A DNA stretch of 41,724 nt from NCBI GenBank assembly GCA_964601135.1, contig CAZRMD010000005.1:1-41724 (forward strand), in the 5' to 3' direction. Source of the DNA: an uncultured Actinomycetes bacterium. Lineage in GTDB: Bacteria > Chloroflexota > Dormibacteria > CF-121. The position numbers and the translations under genes were made by a program. The notes beneath the pieces were generated by a model. The model saw nothing but the letters and a program-made list of their open reading frames with translations, searched no databases and was not told the DNA's origin. Below are positions 26,665-33,267 of the stretch, piece after piece (position 1 is the stretch's first letter; the number at the start of each line of letters is the position of its first letter).

Positions 26665-27563
26665 TGGTGGGAGCGCTCTGCGCCGGGCTCGCCTGCTTTC
26701 TCGGCCTTCAGGCCGTTTTGATGGGTCCGCCGAAACGCTCGCTTGCCAGTCGAGAGTTGATTCGGGCGAGCACCCTTTCCCCGGTGGAATGGCGACTGCA
26801 TCAACAGGCCCGCCTGGATTGGTATCAACGCTGGCTGCGCCCGACGGTGTTGCTCTCGGCCGCTCGACTCCATCTTCGACCCAGCCGGATGGACCCGCTG
26901 TACTTCATTCAGGCGGGAATCAATCCGGAGCACGTCGATGGCACGGAGCTGCGCGTCATTCGATTGATGGCTGGGATTGCCGGCGCCGCAGCCGGCGGTC
27001 TCCTCGCTCTGTTCGTGTCGGGCGGTCTCGCCATCATTCCGTTGCTGGCATGGGTCGGCTACATTGCGCCGGCGCGCGCCATCGCGGCCCGGCGGCGGCA
27101 GCGCCAGTCGGCCCTTCAGCGTGAGCTGGCGCAACTGATCAGCATGCTCCGCGCCTTCATCACGGCCGGGATGCCACTCGAGCGGACGCTGCACATCCTG
27201 TCCGCAAGCTCGCGGCCCGACAGCATCCTCAAGCAGGAGATCCGGCACGCCTTGGGGCGGTACGGGCTTGGATTGAGCATCGAGCAGGCTCTGCAGGAAA
27301 TTGGACCCCGCACCGGCGTCGACGACCTCAGCGGATTTGTTGCCGCAGTCAGCCAGGCCAAGCGCGCGGGGAGCAGCCTGGAGGCAACGCTGCGCGATCA
27401 GGAGTTGATGGTTCGAATGAATCAGCGCAACCGGGCCACAGCGCAGGCCGCGGCGGTAAGCACCAAACTGCTCGCGGTGGTGGGCGGAGTCTACCTGCCG
27501 GAATTCGTGATCTTGATCATCGTTCCACTGTTCTGGGGAATCATGCGGCGGGCGTTTGGATGA
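26661..27563 (+). CDS. tadC: TadC-like pilus platform protein (T2SSF domain)
   Basis: The 300-aa ORF has a T2SSF-like segment (LAQLISMLRAFITAGMPLERTLHIL...LEATLRDQ) and flanking TM segments. An ATGA overlap joins it to tadB. Confidence 0.8.
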   Translation: MMVGALCAGLACFLGLQAVLMGPPKRSLASRELIRASTLSPVEWRLHQQARLDWYQRWLRPTVLLSAARLHLRPSRMDPLYFIQAGINPEHVDGTELRVIRLMAGIAGAAAGGLLALFVSGGLAIIPLLAWVGYIAPARAIAARRRQRQSALQRELAQLISMLRAFITAGMPLERTLHILSASSRPDSILKQEIRHALGRYGLGLSIEQALQEIGPRTGVDDLSGFVAAVSQAKRAGSSLEATLRDQELMVRMNQRNRATAQAAAVSTKLLAVVGGVYLPEFVILIIVPLFWGIMRRAFG

Positions 27564-27611
27564 AGCGGCGACCGATCCGTATTTCGTGAGGGGTTTAGTG
27601 GGAGGAAGCGC

Positions 27612-27764
27612 ATGAACACGTTGAAACGCGGACAGTCGACACTCGAATGGGTCATTGGTGCGGCGATCATTCTCGGCACGCTCGTGGTCGGCGTCATGGC
27701 TTGGAACCAGGGACTCGTGGCAAAGATGGGTCAGATGGTCCAGCGCCTGACGCAGACCCAATGA
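27612..27764 (+). CDS. flp: Flp-like / actinobacterial-type (DUF4244-like) prepilin, 50 aa, not in the ORF track
   Basis: The ATG at 27612 is preceded by a GGGAGGAAG RBS. Sequence: MNTLKRGQSTLEWVIGAAIILGTLVVGVMAWNQGLVAKMGQMVQRLTQTQ. It has a short basic leader, a G/QSTLEW class III processing motif with Glu at +5, then a hydrophobic helix. Its position after tadC matches actinobacterial tad loci. Confidence 0.75.
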   Translation: MNTLKRGQSTLEWVIGAAIILGTLVVGVMAWNQGLVAKMGQMVQRLTQTQ

Positions 27765-27792
27765 CAGCGGTCTTTCCGGCGCCGAACGCGCG

Positions 27793-28185
27793 ATGAGGCG
27801 ACGACGCCAGCAAGGCCAGGAAACGCTGCAGGCGATCCTGGTCGTCGCGTTCATGCTCCTGCCGGTCCTTTTCGGCATCATCGAGCTCGGCAGCGTGATC
27901 CAGGCGTGGATCGGCCAGCAATCTGCCACGGCGCTGGGGGCACGGGTCGCCGGTGAGCGCGGTGAGGACGACGCGACGGTCCGAGACCGTATTGCCGCTG
28001 AGCTACGGGCTGCCGGCCTTGACCCTGCGAAGGTTCAGGTACGCGTGATGCCCGCCTACGTGCCGTGGGGCCAGCCCATCACGGTTCGCCTGGTGAGCCA
28101 ACGCCGGGTGGCTATACCGTTCTTGTTCAGTCGCGACGTGACGCTGACGTCGACCTATGTGGGACGCGGAGAGATAAATCATTGA
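27793..28185 (+). CDS. tadE: TadE-like pseudopilin / pilus assembly protein
   Basis: The 130-aa ORF has the N-terminal TadE signature RRQQGQETLQAILVVAFMLLPVLFGIIELG. Confidence 0.75.
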   Translation: MRRRRQQGQETLQAILVVAFMLLPVLFGIIELGSVIQAWIGQQSATALGARVAGERGEDDATVRDRIAAELRAAGLDPAKVQVRVMPAYVPWGQPITVRLVSQRRVAIPFLFSRDVTLTSTYVGRGEINH

Positions 28186-28691
28186 CCGGGTCCGCGCGCT
28201 TGCGTTATCACCTGGTGCCCTGTAGGCGCCGCGGCCAGAGCGTCCTCTACGCGGTTCTCCTGATGCCCACGCTATTTCTCGTACTCGCCCTCGCCATCGA
28301 TATGGCGGGTCTGCAGCTCGACAAACTGCGAGTTCGATACGCGCTCGACATGGCAACCATCACCGGGGCGACGGCCGTCGACCGCAACACCTATATCCAA
28401 ACCGGTCGGCTGCGGCTCGATCCGAACGCTGCGACATCGGTGACCCGGGAATACCTGCTGCGAAACCTGAAAGCGCTGCCGGACACGCCGACGCCAGAAG
28501 AGGTCGCGGCGGGGGCCGACATCACGGTTGTCAACCGGGTTCCCGCCCACGATCCGTACACCGGCCTGGTACTGGACCGCCCGGCAATCTGTGCTCGCAT
28601 CAAGCTGCGCCACCGTTTTGACCTGCTTGGGTGGGTTGGTATGAACGCCATCAACTTCTCGGTCACATCGACAGCGGAGATCCGTACCTGA
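28182..28691 (+). CDS. TadG/TadF-like (Tad N-terminal domain) pseudopilin-like protein
   Basis: RRRGQSVLYAVLLMPTLFLVLALAIDMAGLQ resembles the TadE/G-like N-terminal domain. The start is uncertain: TTG 28182 (TTGA overlap with the tadE stop), TTG 28200 or GTG 28215. The ATG at 28065 in the track is an out-of-context extension. Confidence 0.65.
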   Translation: MTGSARLRYHLVPCRRRGQSVLYAVLLMPTLFLVLALAIDMAGLQLDKLRVRYALDMATITGATAVDRNTYIQTGRLRLDPNAATSVTREYLLRNLKALPDTPTPEEVAAGADITVVNRVPAHDPYTGLVLDRPAICARIKLRHRFDLLGWVGMNAINFSVTSTAEIRT

Positions 28692-29962
28692 CCAGGCTGC
28701 GAATCATCAAACGCTCGCTCGCCGGAGTCCTCGGTCTCAGCTTCCTGGCCGCCTCATCAGCCAGCGGCCAGACCGCAGCAGGGCCGAGTGTCAGCGTCAG
28801 CATCACCGCCGTATCCGGCGAGGCCGGGCATGCATTCGTGTATGCGCAGGTAAGCGATTTTTTGGCCACATTTCCCGCTCCTACCGGCACCACCCACCTG
28901 TCACCGTATTACTCGGAGTGGATTGAAGAACCCTTCGCGACCCCGTCCTGTCCGTGGATCTGGGCGGTATACGTGTTCAATCGCTGGACGAATGAACAGG
29001 TGAACACTCCTCCGCCAGGTGCGCCGCTGCCTACGTTCGGGACGACGACGCGAGTATGCGCCAGCCCGACAAGCACCCCGGTCGATCAGCCGCCGGTTGC
29101 AAATGCTTCCGCAGAGCTTGACCTGGATCTGCAGGTCAGCATGTCACCGCCGGTTGCGATCGCCGGGTCGACGACCCTGGTGTCGGCCAGTCTCAGTAGT
29201 GCACTGACCCAGGATCTAAACCTGTATCTGAGCATGGGCATCGCGGACTGGTCGGTGAGCGGCTGGTCGGTCGAGTTCGGTGACGGCCAGGCCGCGCGCC
29301 TCCATGGCGGCAGCGCAACGGCGATCCAGGTTCCCCACGTGTACCGCTCGGCCGGGACCTACGACACCCGAGTCGTCGCCTCGATATCTGGTCATGCGCA
29401 GGCGGCGGTCTACGATCGCTTCGGAAGCGTCCAGCTCATCCGCCGGCCGTTCAATGTCGACGTCGCCAATCATGCCCTGGCGACGACCCGTTCGCAGCCG
29501 GCACGGAGATACGTGCCGCCCGAGGCGACCGTGACCGTTTCGCCCAGCCTGGGCTTCGCAGCGGGGGACGCCAGTGCACCCGGTTTCCGCCAAATTGACG
29601 CGCTGCGCGGTTCGCTGACGACGCTAGCCGTCCACCTGCTCCTCATACGCGAAGGCCAACTGACCGTCGATGGCCGGTCGCGCGGCTACGGCCGCTCGCG
29701 CCTCACGGGCTGGCGTCTCGACGGCTCGCCTTCGGACGCCCCGCCAGGAAGTGGGACGATTCCCGGACCCATCCATGCCGCCGGTGATCTCCTGCGGCTG
29801 CAATGGAATGCGCCCGACCACGTCATCGGCGGGCAGCCGACCGACTACATCGTGCCCATGACGCTCTACATCGAGACGCGTTTTCCAGATGGCCATGTTG
29901 GGTCGTATGCCATGTCATCGAGCTTTTCAGTATCGGTTGGTTTTTCTGCACAGAGTGGCTAG
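28631..29962 (+). CDS. Secreted protein of unknown function with a PKD-like domain
   Basis: A Sec-type signal is present (RSLAGVLGLSFLAASSASG). A central segment (VEFGDGQAARLHGGSATAIQVPHVYRSAGTYDTRVVA) matches the PKD-domain consensus pattern. The start is uncertain; ATG 28631 overlaps the upstream gene by 61 nt. Confidence 0.6.
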   Translation: MGWYERHQLLGHIDSGDPYLTRLRIIKRSLAGVLGLSFLAASSASGQTAAGPSVSVSITAVSGEAGHAFVYAQVSDFLATFPAPTGTTHLSPYYSEWIEEPFATPSCPWIWAVYVFNRWTNEQVNTPPPGAPLPTFGTTTRVCASPTSTPVDQPPVANASAELDLDLQVSMSPPVAIAGSTTLVSASLSSALTQDLNLYLSMGIADWSVSGWSVEFGDGQAARLHGGSATAIQVPHVYRSAGTYDTRVVASISGHAQAAVYDRFGSVQLIRRPFNVDVANHALATTRSQPARRYVPPEATVTVSPSLGFAAGDASAPGFRQIDALRGSLTTLAVHLLLIREGQLTVDGRSRGYGRSRLTGWRLDGSPSDAPPGSGTIPGPIHAAGDLLRLQWNAPDHVIGGQPTDYIVPMTLYIETRFPDGHVGSYAMSSSFSVSVGFSAQSG

Positions 29963-29970
29963 GAGGGGAT

Positions 29971-30627
29971 ATGAAGCGGAGCATCTATTTGTCGGTGTGC
30001 GTTGTGCTTGCGGCCGCCGCCGGATTTTTCTACTACAGCCAAACCCGCCAGTCGACGGCGGTCGTTGCGACCCGCGATCTCAGTGTTGGCGTCCGCATTC
30101 AGGACGCCGACGTAACCACGCGATCGGTGAATCCACTGTCGCTCGACGGCCAGATGCTTCGAACACCCGATCAGGCCATCGGCCAGGTGGTCGCCTTTCC
30201 GATTCTGCAAGGACAGTTCATCGGTGCACGGCAGGTTGCGCCATCAAAGAACGCCGCGATGCTGACCGCAGGATTGCAGGTGCCGGCAGGCTACCGCGTC
30301 ATCGGCGTACCCATTGCACCGGCCACCGCGGTGGGCGGCGTGCTCAAGCCCGGTGATCTGGTCGATGTCATGGCAATCCCTAATCCATCGAAGGCCACGG
30401 GGATCATCGATGAAGCCACGCCCACGCCGACCACGATCGGCAAGAATGTGCTGGTGCTCGGGCTTCGGACTGATCAGGGGGCGCAGGTCGACCAGTCCGA
30501 CCATGGACTGACCGTCGGCAATAGCAAGCCGGAGAGCGTCCTGCTGGCAATCCCGGAGGCCGAGGAAACAACCTACTCGCACGCCATTGCCAGCTCGACC
30601 TTCGTCCTGGCTCTGAGCACCGACTGA
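29971..30627 (+). CDS. cpaB: CpaB/RcpC-family Flp pilus assembly protein (SAF plus RcpC-like domains)
   Basis: The ATG at 29971 is preceded by an AGGAGGGG RBS. An N-terminal TM segment is followed by a SAF-like segment (VVATRDLSVGVRIQDADV) and YRVIGVPIAPATAVGGVLKPGDLVDVM, typical of CpaB. Confidence 0.75.
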   Translation: MKRSIYLSVCVVLAAAAGFFYYSQTRQSTAVVATRDLSVGVRIQDADVTTRSVNPLSLDGQMLRTPDQAIGQVVAFPILQGQFIGARQVAPSKNAAMLTAGLQVPAGYRVIGVPIAPATAVGGVLKPGDLVDVMAIPNPSKATGIIDEATPTPTTIGKNVLVLGLRTDQGAQVDQSDHGLTVGNSKPESVLLAIPEAEETTYSHAIASSTFVLALSTD

Positions 30628-30637
30628 GCGGTCGTCG

Positions 30638-32860
30638 ATGGTCAGACTGTTTCACCGGGCGGGCTTTGGCGGCGAGGTATCGGCCGTCCGCGACGGTCTC
30701 CTGATGCTCAGGAGCGGCTCACCCCGGGCGCTGATCGCGACCTCCTCCTTGAATTTCGAAGGTCTCGCCCCCGAGCACCAGCTGCGCGCCGTGCAAGCTT
30801 TTCGAGACCTCTTGCACGCTCAGGCCGGCCCGTTACAGCTGTATCTTCGAGTCCGGCGGCTTCCGGCAGGTGACGCCCAGGAGCCCGAGGCTGACCGCTT
30901 CGCTTACCGGCGCGATTATCTCGCGGCCTCGACGCGCAGCTTCATCAATGCCCATCTGCAGGACACCCCGGTCTACCAGCGAGAGGTCCTCATCGTTCTG
31001 GCGCCAATCGAGTCCGGGCGTCAGCTGCTCCGTTCGTGGCGCTTTCGCTTTGACCGCTCGAATGAGGCAGCCTATGTCGCGACCGACCTCGGACAGCCGC
31101 TCAAGGCTCGCGCCCACTCCTTGATCGACCAGTTGCGCCGGATCGGGCTCAAGGGTGAGCTGCTCGACGACCGCGCGCTGACCCTCCTGGTCGAGGATCT
31201 CTACGGCAAGGGGTGGCCAATCGAGTCGGGTGCGCGCCAGGACTTTGCCAATCGAGCCGACAGCCTGGAAATCCAGGGTCGCCGATACGTCTCGTTCGTG
31301 GTTGACCGCTATCCCGGCGAAGAGATCGAACCCGGCTGGCTCCTGCCGCTGCTGAGCTTTAAGGGCGAGCTCCATGTCGGCATTCACATTCAGCCGCTGG
31401 AGACGGATCGGATGCTGGCCATTCTTCATCACCGCATCCGTGACCTCCGGGCCGACGACATGGCGAATCAGGAGTCAGGTGCACTGCGACGAGGCGCGGT
31501 GGGTACCCTTCCAGATGCGCTCACCATGCATCAGGCGCTCGCGCGCAACGAGGAGAAGGCCTTCGCCGTCAGCTTTTATCTGACGGTCGGCGCCGACGAT
31601 CCAGTCCAGCTCCGCAGCCAGGTTGACGCGCTGCGCACAAGCTGCCGGCGAATGATGCTGCATACCGTGCAGCCGTACTTCGAGATGCGGCAGGGCCTCC
31701 TGTCCTGCTGGCCACTGGGAACCGATCTCCTCGCTCGGCAGAGCATCCTCCACACGAGTGCCGTCGCGACGATGTTTCCCTGGTTGCAGGAAGACCTGGC
31801 CGATCCGGAGGGGCACTACTGGGGCTACAACAAAGACACCGGCGGCCTGTGCGTCTTCGATCCCTTCGACGAAAGCCGTTTTACCAATGCCAACATCGCG
31901 GTGCTGGCGCATTCGGGAGCGGGCAAGAGCTATGCGGCGGCCTCCGTGGTGCTCAGCGGCTATACGCGCGGGCTCGGTGCGATCGTTCTGGATCCGGAGG
32001 CCGAGTATGGGGGCATGATCCGCAACCTGGGCGGCACGTACTTTCACCTGGCGGCCGGTTCGGGCCACGCCATCAACGTCCTCGACCCATTGCTCTTTGC
32101 CCTCGATTCGGAAGAGCCGACGGATCAGTTGGCCGACGTGTTGGATCTGATCGCCTTGATGTGCGGCCGGCTCGACGAGTTCGAACGGGCACAGATCGAG
32201 ACGGTCATCCGTTCGGTCCTCGCCAGCGGCGACACGACCCCCGTGCTCCGGGACGTCTGGCGGCGTCTGGACGCGACCCACCCCGGATCACGCCCCAGCA
32301 CCATTCTTCGACGCTGGGTAACGGGGGATCTGGGAGGACTGTTCAGCGCACCAACCAATGTCGATCTGAGTACGGCGATCGTTGGTTTCAACCTGCGCGA
32401 CCTGAGCGATGAACTGATCCCTCCGGCGTATCTCATCCTGGCCAACTGGTTATGGGCATCGCTAAGACGGCAACGGAGACCTCGGCATCTTCTGATCGAC
32501 GAGGCCGGGCTCCTGCTTGAACACGAACCCATCCGCCGATTCCTGATCAGGCTGGCGCGTCGCATCCGAAAGTATGGCGGGAGTTTGATCCTGGTCAGCC
32601 AGAACCCCGGAGACTTCTTCGAAACCAAGGACGGTGCGGTCCTGGCGACCAACCCCAGCATCCTGCTCCTCGGGTCGCAGAAGCACTCAGAGGCTGTCAA
32701 GCTGCAGAAGGCCTTCAACCTGACGGAACGGCAGCTGAACTATCTCGAAACGGCTGAGCGCGGTGACTTCCTCCTGGTTGCCGGACCCAATCGGGTGCCG
32801 GTCCACATCATGGCCCCTCCCTGGATGGATGAAATGATCGTGACTTCCCGCGGACATTGA
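30638..32860 (+). CDS. VirB4/PrgJ/TrsE-like type IV secretion ATPase (DUF87/TraC-VirB4 family)
   Basis: The 740-aa ORF has an N-terminal domain typical of Gram-positive VirB4 homologues (LIATSSLNFEGLAPEHQLRAVQAFRDLLHAQAGPLQLYLRVRRL). Motifs: Walker A HSGAGKSY, ILDPEAEYGGMIRNLGGTYFHL, INVLDP, Walker B LLIDEAGLLL, and RKYGGSLILVSQNPGDF. Confidence 0.8.
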   Translation: MVRLFHRAGFGGEVSAVRDGLLMLRSGSPRALIATSSLNFEGLAPEHQLRAVQAFRDLLHAQAGPLQLYLRVRRLPAGDAQEPEADRFAYRRDYLAASTRSFINAHLQDTPVYQREVLIVLAPIESGRQLLRSWRFRFDRSNEAAYVATDLGQPLKARAHSLIDQLRRIGLKGELLDDRALTLLVEDLYGKGWPIESGARQDFANRADSLEIQGRRYVSFVVDRYPGEEIEPGWLLPLLSFKGELHVGIHIQPLETDRMLAILHHRIRDLRADDMANQESGALRRGAVGTLPDALTMHQALARNEEKAFAVSFYLTVGADDPVQLRSQVDALRTSCRRMMLHTVQPYFEMRQGLLSCWPLGTDLLARQSILHTSAVATMFPWLQEDLADPEGHYWGYNKDTGGLCVFDPFDESRFTNANIAVLAHSGAGKSYAAASVVLSGYTRGLGAIVLDPEAEYGGMIRNLGGTYFHLAAGSGHAINVLDPLLFALDSEEPTDQLADVLDLIALMCGRLDEFERAQIETVIRSVLASGDTTPVLRDVWRRLDATHPGSRPSTILRRWVTGDLGGLFSAPTNVDLSTAIVGFNLRDLSDELIPPAYLILANWLWASLRRQRRPRHLLIDEAGLLLEHEPIRRFLIRLARRIRKYGGSLILVSQNPGDFFETKDGAVLATNPSILLLGSQKHSEAVKLQKAFNLTERQLNYLETAERGDFLLVAGPNRVPVHIMAPPWMDEMIVTSRGH

Positions 32861-32987
32861 CCGGCCGGCCTCATTGATTTTTACCGCCTTACGCCTAATA
32901 ATTAGCGGCTGAATTTGCGCTGAGCGTCACCGCGGGAGCGGGGTCGGGCGCGCGTGGCTGGGGACGCCATGGAAAGGGGAAAAGACG

Positions 32988-33194
32988 GTGCAGGACCTCA
33001 CTGATCGTCGCAATGAGGAGGCCCGCGAGGTCCGGGATTTGCTGGCTGCCAAGCTCAAGATGCACCCCATCTGGCTGGGCGGGCTCGAGACCCAGGCAGC
33101 GCGACATATCTATCTGTTCATCCAGGCGCTGGAAGGGCGCAAGCCATTCGGGCGGGTGCGGCGGCAGCGGGCGCCCAACCTGACGCTAGACTGA
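32988..33194 (+). CDS. Hypothetical small protein (68 aa)
   Basis: The GTG start is preceded by a purine-rich GGAAAGGGGAAAAG tract. There is a strong G/C bias at third codon positions. I recognise no family. Confidence 0.4.
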   Translation: MQDLTDRRNEEAREVRDLLAAKLKMHPIWLGGLETQAARHIYLFIQALEGRKPFGRVRRQRAPNLTLD

Positions 33195-33267
33195 CGGCGA
33201 TCTGGAGCTGATACCACGCGCCGACCAGCAGGCCGGCACCTTCACCCTGCTTGCCTCCGACCGCCCC

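Noticed and set aside
28065-28181. ATG at 28065 as start of the TadG-like gene (208-aa track ORF)
   Set aside because: It would overlap the TadE-like gene by 121 nt and add a non-pilin-like Arg-rich N-terminus. The class III-type leader (RRRGQSVL) fits a start at 28182-28215.
23170-32860. Interpretation as an ordinary integrative conjugative element or conjugative T4SS
   Set aside because: I found no relaxase, coupling protein (VirD4/TcpA/FtsK-like), VirB6-like or VirB8/TcpC-like protein, cell-wall hydrolase, integrase or att-like repeat of the tRNA 3' end. The genes between the VirB3-like and VirB4-like parts are bona fide Tad genes.
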